Below are positions 35,901 to 48,821 of a stretch of 64,000 nucleotides of DNA, piece after piece. Within the stretch, counting starts at the first letter, position 1, and each line of letters starts with the position of its first letter. A model generated the notes under the pieces. It was not told the DNA's origin. It saw nothing but the letters and a program-made list of their open reading frames with translations, and did not search any database. The translations under genes were made by a program, and so were the position numbers. The stretch covers positions 162,874,001-162,938,000 of the forward strand of contig OZ024743.1 in assembly GCA_964016885.1 (NCBI GenBank), read 5' to 3'. This DNA comes from Eledone cirrhosa. Lineage: Eukaryota.

Positions 35901-36800
35901 TGATGATGTGCAGGGGATGGCAGGTTGTTCTGATTTAGTTTCCCCCGAGTTTTTTCAGTTTTTTTATTGCCAGTTGTTGTGGGTACAGTGTTTTCAGACC
36001 AGCTGGTATCTCTTTTCCATGTTTCATCAGACTTAATAAACTTTCATATCTGCCCATCATCACGTAGGCTGAAACTTTCATGTTCTGCCGAGCTGCGGTT
36101 TAAGGAAGCTGCAGCACATAGATTTGGGCGTACATCAGGTGGAAGACCAGAGCATGTTCAGAAGGCAATCTGATTTTCACGCCTAGCTTTATCAGAGGCT
36201 AAAAGATATGAACGTGCCTTAGTTGAGTTCGAAAAGGACAGTTTAATTAGCCTGGGTTTCGGACCTGGTCGGCCGAGGTAGAGAGCACCCTTCGGGGGAG
36301 CACAGCTCAAGTCTTTGGATGAACTGGCAGCAAATGTCTGAAGATCAACTATGTCTTCTGGTACACCAATGACAATCACTTCGTGGTTTACAGATTCAGT
36401 GGCATTCTCAATGCGTCTAGATTCGGCAAAAGGTACACAGAGATTTTTTAACAAGGCACTCCAGTAAGATCCCTCGTTGTGAGGTTCTACACGAATGCTT
36501 GATTTGATTCCTGCTATTTCTTGGCTTAAAGCGGAAATCAGTTGCCGTATTTCCGCAAACTCCGTATTGATGGTCGATTTCTTTTTTGTTGATCTTCAAC
36601 AGGCATGGTAGGGGAAGACACAATCGTCGGTTGTTGTTGTTGAAAAGTAACGGGGGAGAGGAAGACATGGCTTGCTGTTGTTGATGATGTCCTTCAACAG
36701 AAGTAGCGGAAGCTACGGTCGTTGGTTTTTCCCATTGTTCAGGAATAATGGTAGATGAAGACACGATCGTCAGTTTTTGTTGTTGTTGTTCAACAGAGTG
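32980..36800 (-). mobile_element. CR1-clade LINE, near full length, degraded (ORF1 remnant, APE, RT)
   Basis: LNARSL, GDFNHP, PTRGDNTLDL, SDH, YLDFAKAFNSV, GVPQGSVLGPLLF, YADD, RPHLEFASPVW; ORF1-like GRPGPKPRLIKLSF; antisense in ORC2 intron 1. Confidence 0.92.
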
Positions 36801-37539
36801 GTAGCGGCAGACACACAAGCCAGGCACTGAAAGGACCAATTTGGTAGCTGGACCATTTTCCAGAGCCCATCCATCATAGAAGTATGGTGTCTCTTTTTCT
36901 GACCTGGGATCTTTCAAAAGTTTGTGGCACATTGGAGGCAAACAGAAACACAATATTTGCCACATTCGACCCAGTTTTATTACACACTTCATCCATGGAT
37001 GTCACAATAGTTATTTTGTCCTGTCTGTCCATCCGTACAGTAGAACAAAATGTAAATGTAAACAAATAAATATGCTGCATGAGTTTAGCACATTTGTTAA
37101 CGAGATAAATACAATGTTTGTTTATGTTTTGTTTTTGTATTTTTGTTTCTGTTTTCCTATGTATTGTGGGTATGTATACAAAAAGATCTGTGCACATATA
37201 TATAATTAAAAGGTGTATGTGGGTTAGAAATTAAGTCAATGTTCAGAATGGTTTTATAATGTACATAAGATTGGCCGGTATAGTCTCTCACATGAAATAA
37301 TGTGGTTTCTTTTCACTTGTGTGTATATGCGTGTGTGGTATGTATCTGTATATAAATCTGTGTGTATATTGTTGTTTATAGATTTTGTGAGGTACTTACT
37401 GTGATCTCTAAGGGTTGTAGTGATTTTTTTTTTTCATTCATGTCTACACGTAGTTTGTTGGCGAAAATCAGACATACTTCGTTAAAGTAGTGTTATGTGA
37501 AGGGAAATAAAAAATATAGATACATACGTGTGTGTGTGT

Positions 37540-40320
37540 CAAACAGTGTGGTTAATCCGTATGGTGAGCAAATGGGGTCCCAGGTGCTGGCCTCCCCACA
37601 GCCCCAGCAGACAGGATGGTGAAGGCGTTTCCTCGGAGGATGGTAAGGGAGATGCACTGGAAGAGCCATTCCAACTCACGAGGTTCACACCTGCGGCTGA
37701 TCAGCTCAGCATCTATGGTGGTGAATAGGGAGGTAGCCCTAGGGTCAAAGGACACCAGAAGTCTCCACTGCCAAGGGCATGACCGTGAATCTGTCAGAGA
37801 GCGACCAGTACTTGGAGAGTTTGGCCTCCTCAACCCAACGTGCAGCAGAACCTGGGTTAGTCACAGACTGCACCAGGTTTCGGCTGGAGAAAGTGTTGCT
37901 GCAAGTGGCATCCCAGACGAGGTGTTTGCCACCAAGGAACGGGATGATGGTCATACCGTCTGGCCTTTTGCCGTCCCCTCGATCCAGCCCCACCGGCTCA
38001 AGCTGGAAGCGGAAGCCTACTGTGTCCAAGCCATGCTTTATGATCTCGTTGAGGGCAACATGGCGTGGAAGGCGGCTGGCACTGTGGCGACAGGAAAGCA
38101 GGTGGAGGCTGAAAGAGTCCACGGTGGATCCACAGTGACATTTATGTGGCTCGCAGATCCGGACTCCAAGCGTCAAGGAAACACCGATGTACAGGCTATC
38201 ATTATCCAGCTGTGTGCCAGGGGAGAAGGAGGGCAAGGCATGGAGCCAAGAACCACTATGGGGTTTGGAGGCCGCGCAAAAACAGGCAAGGCGGTGCTGG
38301 TCGAGCTGGCGCGTGAACCTGTCTGAGGCCAGGCTGCACTGGATGGCATCCCATATGCTTTGGGGGGACTTGACATCAGCAGAGGGAGAAGGAGGAGGGA
38401 CATCTACTGGGCTAAGTCCCAGCCTGTCCCACGTCTCGCAGGTGACCTCACGTTCCCTGAACACAGAGGGTTCCATCGTGTTTTGGAGAACCCTGCTTAT
38501 GAGGATGCGGCATGAGGTTACCAATGAAAGAAACGCCAAATCTGGCAGGTAAAGTGGCCTGTTACCATCCAATGTCATCAAACCTGACATTGCCTATCTC
38601 TTCAGCTGTCGTTGGATACAGGTATCGAGGTCATCGAGGAGAGATGCGTGGCTGTAGAACGGAGCACTGCGAAGGGTGTAGAGGAGCTTCAGCATGGCAA
38701 AGCAGTTGCTCAACAGGAAGAGAGCTGAGTGGCCATCGATCAAGCCTAGTTGGCTCGTGAGGGTCTGGAGTTGTTGGAGCCTAGATCCGATGGTGGAGCA
38801 GATGGCCGGCGGATGGATCGGTGACCCGAGGATGAGGACATCCTCTTTGGGGGTCACCTGTACCCAGTGGAGAATGGACCGCACGTCCAAGATGAAGGCT
38901 GCAAAGCTCCCAGCATCATGGCTGACATTCACCACCTCCAACTTTGAGTTGACATGGAGGGCAATTCCCGCCAGGGCAGGAACCACCGATTGAAGGTCAT
39001 GGTAGACAGTCTCCACGGGCCCACCCAGCGTAGCATCATCCAGGTACCAAATGTTCAGAGGGGCCGTGATACTCCGGGCAATGTGGTCTATACCAAGGGC
39101 AAACAGGAGGGGGCCCAAAGGGTCGCCCTGTTGGACCCCAGTGACCGAAGGTATGACCGTATCAACAGCAAGGAGCATGCTTAGGGCTCCATATGACAAG
39201 TAGGCCAACAGGTAGGCGGAGGGGGCTCGGCTGAGGCAGGCATCGAGCAGATGGTCCCAGCGTATGCAGTTAAAGGCATTCCTCATGTCAAGCTGGACAA
39301 TGAGGTGCCTGGAGTCCCTGGATGCTGGTTCCGGTGGGCAGCTGTTGAAAAACTGCCTGGTTGCATGTGTGGCCCCCTCACAGCCACCGGACATGCCAAC
39401 ACCCAGTTGCACCGGACTGAACTCCTCATCCAGTTCAGCTGTTATGGACCTGCAGACCACCTTAGCAGCCAGCCTCCGGAAGACATTGCCCACAGCGATG
39501 GGGCGTATGCCACCCTCTTTCTTCCTGAGAGCAATCAGGCTAGCTGGAAAAAAGAAGCCTCGAGCGTGAGGATCCAGGGCGCCATGGATAAGCCTTTTGG
39601 TGAGCGCCACAATTGCACTCAGAAGGTGGCGCTCAGCCTCAGAGGTGAGGGGGGATAGCAACTCGTTGAGGTGGCCTACTCAGAGACCATCAGCACCTTC
39701 GCTGCTGCTAGCTGGGAAGGACTTGATGGCAGACATAATGTCTGCATCGGAAGCCACAAGGAGCGGGTGGGAGTATGGGTCGGAGGTCAGCGGGTGGCTC
39801 AGGGTGCTTGAGTCGCAGAGCAGCCAGCACCTCCTCGGTGGGTTGGAGGACAGTGTCCTCTGAGGCAACCACTCTGACTGCGGCCGAGATATCACCCATG
39901 ATGTGTTTAGCGTTTACGCGGTCACGCAAACGCTTGGTGCTGGCCTCAGGGGTGGAGTATTGGAGGCACCCAAGAGCAGGGGGTGTGGCGTCCTTCGGCA
40001 CGCATGGAATGGGTGCTTGCCCAAAGGACGAAACATTGGCCTTGACAAAGGCTGCTGTCGACAGGCTGCCTCAGTCAGCGCCAGAGCTGGGGAGGCCGAG
40101 GGCAAGTGGGGCGAAATAGAAAAGTCACTCCCAGTCGCTGGCTTGATTGGAGTTCAGAGCACTCTCGATCGAAGAAGCAAGGGCATTGGCTACCGGCAGC
40201 TGCACTCCGAACAGTTCCGGCCCCTCTTCCGTCTGTTTGTGGTGCTGCAAGTGCTGTAGATGTCGACTGGTGGGGATGGAGGATGTGGTGTGGAGCCAGG
40301 GACTGGGGCACCAAGTGGCG
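37540..40320 (-). mobile_element. CRE-clade-like non-LTR retrotransposon (RT, CCHC, restriction-like endonuclease)
   Basis: GGIRPIAVG, QLGVG, LDMRNAFN, GVQQGDPLGPLLF, WYLDD; CHCG...HLLSC, RH, KRPDG...WDAT, EEAKLSKY, PLAVETSG. Confidence 0.9.
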
Positions 40321-40824
40321 GTACTAATAGTCAGGGAACAGTCAAAGTATTTGTAATAATCAATATTGTAATCCATGATGTTATGTAAAGGATAAACGAA
40401 CATTGGAGAAAGAGAAGTAATATTGACTTGACTAATAGATTGTAGGAGAATTAATCACATCTATAGGAACTGTTATTTACCAGGTCCCAACATTACATCT
40501 ATGTTTGGGGCTGGTAACATATAGAGGTCTGAGCAAGTTTCGGCATCCTGTGGCTATTACTAACGTTTTAACAGTGGTACACCATCTTGGTCACAATCAG
40601 ATAGCTGGAACCAGTGAAAGTGTATTTCAATATGAGTTCTACCAGAGATCAGTAACTAATTGAGGCTAAAGTATTTTCTGGCCTTGAAATTTGTTTGTGG
40701 CATGAGATTTTGACAATGTTAATTGAGGTTGCAATGAGAGATTATGAGGCCAAACTTATAAATTGATATTACTTTGTGTTTTTCTACTGACTAGCTGAAT
40801 CCTAATTATGGTGATTTATTGCAG

Positions 40825-40947
40825 GTGGCCTTCCACATATGGAGCGTACAATCTCCAACCGGGCCAAGAGACAGGCTGTTATGATTAACAACCAAGAAGT
40901 TGTACTTGGTAGCAGTGATGAAGATGAAGTTTATAAATCGTCAAATG
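40825..40947 (+). CDS. ORC2: ORC2 coding exon 2
   Basis: ttgcag/GTGAGA, 123 nt, phase 1-1, open (GGLPHMERT...SSDEDEVYKSSN). Confidence 0.8.
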
Positions 40948-41269
40948 GTGAGATATTAATTCCAGACATTTTCTCTTTATTTCACTTTATATGTATCTGG
41001 AAAAGATAAAGGCAGTCAGTTGGTATAATTGCTTAATTGTTGGTCTGTAGGTGATAAGATCAAACTTTATTAAAGGTGTTGCATGTTGCATTGTACTCCT
41101 GAACAAGATATTAAACTCTTCCTTCCTTAGTGAAGCTGACATTTTGGGATTCATTCAATTAACTTTTTATTAGAAATGATATTCAGCTGAACCACAAAAC
41201 TATACTGATCACTTATTCCAGCAGTTTTTGAAAATGTAAAATTTGGCAGAACATTGTCCATGTCATCTA

Positions 41270-42450
41270 TCTTTATCGTTTAACGTCCATCTTCCACACT
41301 AGCATGGGTTAGGCGGTTTTGTTCCATTTGATACGGGAAAGGTTGGGAGAGCATGTCTCGCTCACACAGAAGCATTTCTGGCAGGTTTTTTACAGCTGGA
41401 TGCCCTTCCTAACACCAACCACATTTACAGTGTGGATTGGGAGCCTTTTCACTGTGTCTCCTACACGGCCACCTTACAGTGTATCTCAAACAAAAAAGAT
41501 GTGTCTATTTACAATCTACTGCTACCTATCAGATGTTTAGATTTGGTAGATGGAAACTGTATGGAGGTCTGTTGTATACACAGGCCAAAGCTGAAGCATA
41601 TATATTGTATGCACCACTCCACCCTGCCCTCCCATACATCTTCCATGAGGACACGCCGAAGTATACATCCAGTGAAACTCCCAGCTCACACTGTAACGTG
41701 GTCATGATGGTGACATGGCATAAAGCGCCCAGCTCACAATTTATAGTGGTCATGTAGGCGTCACGACAAAAAGCACCCAGTACTCACTGTCAATGATGTT
41801 GGCGTTAGGAAGAGCACCCAGCTGTAGAAACCAAGCCAAAATCAGTTCTGTATGAATAAGACATGATCATCTGACCTGGTAAAAGACAACTGCCGTGGAA
41901 AAATAGATGTAAAACAGTAATGATGATGATGATATATATATATATATATCTCATCATCATCATTATCATCACCATTTAACATCTATTTTTCCACACTAGC
42001 ATGGGTTAAACGGATCGTCCATGTTATGAAACAAGTCTGTTCAGTTGTCTGCGCTGTACCTTGCTCAAATGGAACTGTATTTTGGCTGGGTTTTTTACAG
42101 CTGGATGCCCTTCCTAACACCAACCAAGTTTAAAGTGGTCTTGTTATGGGACAGGCGTGGCCAGTTAATTGCACTGTGGGACTCTGTTTTGGCTTGGTTT
42201 TTATGGTAGCTGGATGCCCTTTCTAAACCTCAACCATGTTTACAGTGTGGAACTGCACGGTTCTATTTTGAGGAGGGTCTGGCCAGTTGACCACGCCATG
42301 CCTTGTTCATAGTGTAACCTTATTTTGGGACCTAGGTGATCGTATTTTGAGGAAGGTCTGGTCAGTTAGTTGCCCCATACTTTGCTCATAGCAAAACCGT
42401 ATTTTGGCTGGGTCTTTATGGCTTCTGGAAGCCTTCTCAGCACCAACTAC
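41270..42450. repeat. Cluster of RTE 3'-end-derived non-coding repeats in mixed orientation
   Basis: Repeated 'cagctggatgcccttcctaacacc' motif and (CAT)/(GAT) tails. Confidence 0.7.
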
Positions 42451-42768
42451 ATTTATTTATATATATATATTTAATTAGAGAGTGAACAACACAAAATATA
42501 ACTACTCCATTACCAAAGATTTCTGGATCACAGATGATAATAATATATACCGTCTGGATCAGTTGTCAGATAGAGATGTTATAGATAAAAGATATGAAAT
42601 GAAATTTAAAATCTGTTAAAAATTGGAAGTGAGGTTGGAAAAATAATGGGATAAAAAAAAATATATATATATATATAGCAATATAGAGAAAGACATATGT
42701 GTACATACATATACATACCCATACACGCATTCAGATAAAAGGAAAATATATATATATATATGTATACA

Positions 42769-43640
42769 TGGTGGCTGCCAACTCGTTTTCGAGTACGGCC
42801 ACTACTTTATATCCATGTAGGAGAACCCCTACCGATGCGCTGAACGAGTGTGACTTTTTAGTCCGGCCAGCAACTTGAAAACTCTGGTACAAACGCTACA
42901 CTTGTGACAATTATTGACACATAGTGCTGGGCCCATGGTACCATGTGACGACAAGTGCAGAGAGATCTCCAGATATAAAGCAATGCCTGTGCCGTGAAGC
43001 TTTTATAGTGAGAAAAGGCACTGCACAAAGCCAGTCCTACTCTCTTAACCAAGATGATATTTACCAAAAAGAAGAACAAGTCAACATCATTGGATACCAT
43101 CAGGGTTGCAGGTGTTATATCAGAGTTTTCCTTCTCCTAGAATTCTGCCTTGACAAAGGCTAAGGGGTCATCTCTCTACATATATATATACACATACATA
43201 TATACGCATACATACATATATATACACATATATACACATACATACACATACATATATACACATACATACATATATATATATATATGGTGGCTGCCAACTC
43301 GTTTTCGAGTACGGCCACTACTTTATATCCATGTAGGAGAACCCCTACCGATGCGCTGAACAAGTGTGACTTTTTAGTCCAGCCAGCAACTTGAAAACTC
43401 TGGAATTCTGCCTTGACAAAGGCTAAGGAGTCATCTCTCCCGGTGATTTTGGATGGCCATTGACTCTTAAGAGCTCCTTTGCCCATTGACAGGTTTTGTT
43501 TTTAGTCCTGCAGGATGTCCAAAGTCACCCTCCTCACCAAGAAACCTTGGTGGGGTTGCCAGTTTAGTCGCCAACGACCCGACCATGAGACAGGTTGTAC
43601 TGGGATACATGTTACCAGTAGCACCAACTGCTGACCTGAC
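42769..43640 (-). mobile_element. Two tandem partial copies of a short non-autonomous retroelement ending in a stem-loop next to TA-rich microsatellite
   Basis: 42769-42884 is nearly identical to 43285-43402; 43140-43175 recurs at ~43403-43438. Confidence 0.55.
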
Positions 43641-43738
43641 ATTTATGTATACATACATATTTATGTATACATACATACATGCAAAGACACATATATATAC
43701 ACAAACATACATGTACACAGACATACACATACATATAC

Positions 43739-43769
<31 letters not shown>

Positions 43770-43987
43770 TATAACATATACAAACTTATACAAATACATA
43801 TACACACTCACATATATCACGTACATATATATATATATATACACATACATGCATATATACATATATATGTATATATGGCACAGACACACTAGTCTGCGAA
43901 AACATACATACGCGAACACATACATATATACAACTGCACACAACCACATTATATAAATAACCACACATATATATATATAGATATATA

Positions 43988-44911
43988 TAGCAGAATCAGT
44001 AGAGGAGCTAGAGAATAAATTCTGGCTATGGAAACAGCAGTTGGAAACAAGAGGACTGAGAGTGAACCTAGCTAAGACGAAAGTGTTGATGAGTAGAAGA
44101 AAGGACAATACTCTGATTCCGTCAGGGAAATGGCCATGTTCGATATGCAGAAAAGGAACTGGCATAAATTCTATAAATGCACACAATGCAGATCCTGGGT
44201 ACACAAGAGATGTAGCAGGATAGCAGGCAAACTAACAGGTAGAGAGAAATATGTATGCAGTAGATGTACAGGGAAATTAGACAGTAGAAGTCGCATTGAT
44301 AGACACATTTTTCAAATGCAGGCGGGTGCTATAGAAGTGGTGGATAGCTTCCGGTACCTAGGAGATCAGATTAGCATGGGAGGGGGGTGTTCCGAGGCCA
44401 TAGTATCTAGAATAAGGATGGTTTGGAAGAAGTTTAGGGAGCTGCTTCTTCTGCTGACGAAGAAGGGTTTCTCCCTGCGTACGAAAGGCCGGTTATATGA
44501 TGCCTGTGTGAGGAGCGCAATGCTGCATGGTAGTGAGACATGGGCAGCAACTGCAGAGGATATGCGATGGCTGGAGAGAAATGCATGTGCAATGTCAATG
44601 TGCATGAACGACCCAGCATGGATGTGTTCAGAGAGAAACTGTGTCTGAGAGGGATTGAATCTAGTGTGCGAGAGAGGAGACTGCGGTGGTATGGAGGATG
44701 ACCGATGGGTGACGAAGTGCCAGGAAATGCCAGTTGAAGGTAGACCACGAAAAACATGGGCGGAGGTGGTGAGAACAGACCTCAGATCGCTGAAGCTCAT
44801 GGTGGAGATGACGAAGGACCGTGGCAAGTGGAGAGATGCTGTGCTGAATAAGACCCGTCCCACCCTTGCAAGCAGGGAAAAGCGGACGTAAAATGATGAA
44901 GATGATGATGA

Positions 44912-44913
<2 letters not shown>
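43988..44913 (+). mobile_element. RTE LINE 3' part inserted in TA-rich microsatellite
   Basis: Near identical to the reverse complement of 10047-11020; (GAT)n tail. Confidence 0.9.
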
Positions 44914-44964
<51 letters not shown>

Positions 44965-45225
44965 CACAAATACATATATACACACATACATACGCATATA
45001 TATATATATATATATGTAATGTGGCCGTGTAGGCAACACGGTAAAAACCTCCCAGACCCACACTGTAAATGTGGTTGGTGTTAGGAAGGGCATCCAACTG
45101 TAGAAAACCTGCCAGACAGTCCTATGCGAGCAAGACAATCACTCTTGCCTCAAGTGGGACTACCCCCGTCCAAACCCATGCAAGCGTGGAACACGGACGT
45201 TAAACGTTGATGATGATGATGATGA

Positions 45226-45270
<45 letters not shown>

Positions 45271-45749
45271 TATATATATATATAATACACATGTACATAT
45301 ACATACACATGCACACAGACATATATATAGACAAAATATATATAAAAATAAAAATAAATGTGGTAGATGGTTCCAAAGAGAAAGCAAAGGAAAAAACGAG
45401 TGCTCTATGTATAGGACAGAGCATTAAAAATATATAAATCTATTTTGTTGTTGAAAGAATGTGAAAAAGGTAAAGGAAAAACAAGTGTTATATGTATAGA
45501 ACAGAGCTGTAAAAAATATTTTGTTGTTGAAAGTATGTGATAAAGGCCCAAGGTGGTAAAATAAGAGAGAAAGTTCAGGAAAAGATGAAGTCAAGAAATG
45601 AATAATATGTAAAATAAGTGTGAAATAAAGTAAAATAAGAGAGATTGTTCAAGGTAAAAGTAAGGTAAAAGAATAAATGAATAAAATAGGTGTAAGTATA
45701 AATGTTGAATGTGTGATAAAGGTCCATAGTGTTTAAAGTAAGAGTTTTC

Positions 45750-46340
45750 AAAGTGATAAGAGCATAATAGCTAGAATAAGGATAGGATTGGAGAAGTTTA
45801 GAGAGCTACTCCCGCTTCTGACAACAAAAGGTTTCTCCCTATGTATACATAAAAGCATCAACAACCATCCTACGTACAAAAGGATGGTTGTTGATGCTTT
45901 TATGTGAAGTACAATGCTGCATGGTAGTGAAACATGGGCAGTGACTGCAGAGAACATCTGTAGGCTGGAGTAAAATGAAGTAATCAGGCTTCATTGGATG
46001 TGCATTGTAAATGTGAGAGAAAGGCAGAACCTGGATGAATTGAGGGAGAAACTGGGTTTAAGAGGAATTCGATGTGATGTGCAAGAGAGATAACTATGTT
46101 GGTACAGACGTGATGCGCATGAATGATGACCGCTAGGTGAAAAAGTTCCAGGAAATCCCAGTGGAAGGAAGCTGCAGTAGAGGCAGACCAAGGAAGGACC
46201 TGGGCGGAGGTGATGAGAGCTAATTTCAAATCACTGAGATTCACAGAGATGACAAAGGAATGTGACGAGTGGAGAGATGCTGTGTTGAGAGACTCATCCA
46301 ACCCATGCAAAGCTTGGAAAAACAGACATAAAAACGGCAC
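45750..46340 (+). mobile_element. RTE LINE 3' fragment
   Basis: KFRELLPLL, MLHGSETW, GRPR-like region and 3' motif. Confidence 0.8.
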
Positions 46341-47100
46341 AGGTAGTCTTGTATATGAAGATTAGTACCTTGCTTAAAAACAAATAAGGGTTAGTGTCAG
46401 GAAGCGTATTGGACTGTAGAATATTGCTTCAAAAAATATAATATCATCTAACCCAGTCATGGGCAAATTGGCTTGCCTCACAAAAAAAATTAGCTTGAAC
46501 TTTTTTATTAGTGCACTCCACCTTATAATGAGCCATATCTCATGTGGCTCACTGCTCAAACAAGGTTGCCCATACCTATTCTAACCCATGCCAGAATGGA
46601 AAAGCAAATATAAATGCTATGACAAAGAGAATGATGCTAACACCACCCAAATTACTATATACAACACCAATTTACAAACCACAACCCGTACCAACCAGTC
46701 TACAGACCATAATGCTGTAGAGATTACTGGGGACATGTTTGTCCATTGAGACTAGAAATTTTAAGTAGAAATTATTTTTTGCTTTTTATTAAGTTTACGT
46801 CCTTCACCACATGAAGCTGCATTGGCAAAACATTCTTGAAAAGTATAAAACACCGCTATGACTATACCACATTTAAAATTAAAGTCTTATCTCTAATACT
46901 GCAAGTTTTTGCAAACATTTTTTCTCCTATATCTTAACAAACTTGTTTTTTTAGACATTACAAGATGTTAGAAGTAAATAAGAAAACTAAATTTATTATT
47001 TTTGTAAAATGTATTGCAGGCATTGTTGAATTTTTTTTAATGAAAATTTATATTTTATATTTGAATATTCTTAATCTTTTTTTTTAATTGTCTGAGGAAG

Positions 47101-47187
47101 TTTTGATAGCCAATGATGGATTTTCTGGTGGCAAAGAATTGTTTAATTTTCAAACTCCAAAGAAATCAAATTCAATGACTCAGAAAG
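47101..47187 (+). CDS. ORC2: ORC2 coding exon 3 (acceptor could alternatively give start 47110)
   Basis: GGKELFNFQTPKKSNSMTQK resembles a conserved ORC2 N-terminal block; phase 1-1; GTAAAT donor. Confidence 0.8.
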
Positions 47188-47519
47188 GTAAATTGTTAAA
47201 CTTTACAGATTTTCTGTTTAATTTCATTTTTCATATTGTTTTTCATGATTACCTCCAGCCACCAGCCACACAGTCTCTGGTGCTGCTGATGAACTCCAGC
47301 AAATAATAGATGATAAGTGGAGCTAGTGTTTTGTTGTTGAAAAGCCATTTAAACTTTTTGTTATTATATTCTAACGAAAAACACTGTCTATGATTTTAAA
47401 ATCATTTTGAAAATAATAAAGAATTTTGTAGGTTTAGTAATATAACCAACTTTCTCATTATTGGAGTTTTGATCATTATTTAACAAAAGTTCTTGCATAA
47501 AATTATGGTGGAAAGTTAT

Positions 47520-47645
47520 GGCCCTTTGCGTTCTGAGTTCAAATCCGCCGAGGTTAACTTTGCCTTTCATCCTTACGAGGTTGATAAAATAAAGTGCCAG
47601 TGGTGCACTGGGGTAATCGCTGGCCTTGTGCCAAAAGTAGAAACT
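47520..47645 (+). mobile_element. SINE fragment with Nin/Deu-like domain
   Basis: B-box gagttcaaatcc followed by gcctttcatccttacgaggttgataaaa. Confidence 0.6.
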
Positions 47646-47949
47646 ATAAAATTATGGTGGAAAGTTTTTACATAAAAATAAACACTTTAAAATAATTTTT
47701 TTGTATCATACAACCAGGGCGATTTTCAATGGTTTGGTATCAAAAAGGTTGTCATTGAAAAACAAGTTAACAGTTAATGAGGGTATCTTGCATCATGGAG
47801 AATTAGTAGTTCCACCAATCTATTAAAGAACATTAATGATAAAAGCTGTGTATAATGTATATATTGGCTCAATGGCGATAAGGAGTCATTTGAAATTAGG
47901 AGCATGGTAGTCAGGTTATTGTGGAAGTGTGGAACAATATATAACATGC

Positions 47950-48557
47950 TGGCCCTACGTTGGTATGGTCACGTGATGCGCATGAAAGACGACAGCTGTA
48001 TAAAAAAGTGCAGGGCAATAAAATTAGACGGTAGCCACGGAGTAGGCAGACCCAGAAAAACCTGGGACGACCTGATAAATTCCGACCTCACTCACTTACA
48101 CCTCTCCAAGACAATGTCACTGGACCGAGATCTTTGGCGGTACTCAGTAATAGAGAAGACTCGCCTTGCCAAAATACAAAGTAAACCTACTACAGTCAGT
48201 AGGCATCTCTAACAAAATACGCCCCCGTCACACCACCCCCACCCCATCCACACCGCCCCTTTCAATGTAAAGTTACGTTGGTGCCACAACATCCAGGCCG
48301 AATCAAATGAGACCGTGTAGGTGTCACGACAAAAAACACACAGTTCACGCTGTAATGTGGCCGTGTAGGCAACACGGTAAAAACCTCCCAGTCCCACACT
48401 GTAAATGTGGTTGGTGTTAGGAAGGGCATCCAGCTGTAGAAAACCCGCCAGACAGTCCTATGCGAGCAAGACAACCACTCTTGCCTCAAGTGGGAAAACT
48501 CCTGTCCAAACCCATGCAAGCGTGGAACATGGATGTTAAACGATGATGATGATGATG
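47950..48557 (+). mobile_element. RTE LINE 3' end
   Basis: LRWYGHVMRM...GRPRKTW, 3' UTR, (GAT)n tail. Confidence 0.88.
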
Positions 48558-48749
48558 TCCAGAATATATATTGGGTTAAGTCATAAATAATTTCCGTTTT
48601 AGTAAAATAATTTATTCATGAATAATTTAACATTTTATTCCATTTCGAAATAACTAATTTCATTTGCCATATTTCTGAACAGTTATATAATTGAAAACTG
48701 TCTACCTATTCGTGAATATATTTGTATTTTTTCCTATTTTATATCTCAG

Positions 48750-48821
48750 CCCTTGAGTCAAGAACTCCAAGCACCCTGAAATCTCAGAATACTTTGCAAG
48801 AATTTAACAGACAAGACACCG
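48750..48821 (+). CDS. ORC2: ORC2 coding exon 4
   Basis: tctcag/GTAATT, 72 nt, phase 1-1 (ALESRTPSTLKSQ...). Confidence 0.75.

Noticed and set aside
37616-38326. 236-aa plus-strand ORF
   Set aside because: Antisense shadow of the GC-rich CRE-like endonuclease region
43560-43640. HDV-like or twister ribozyme at an element 5' end
   Set aside because: Could not assemble the required helix and pseudoknot order by eye
43150-45440. Y/I/V/C-rich ORFs
   Set aside because: Translations of TA/CA microsatellites; same applies to 27653-28461 and 30103-30381
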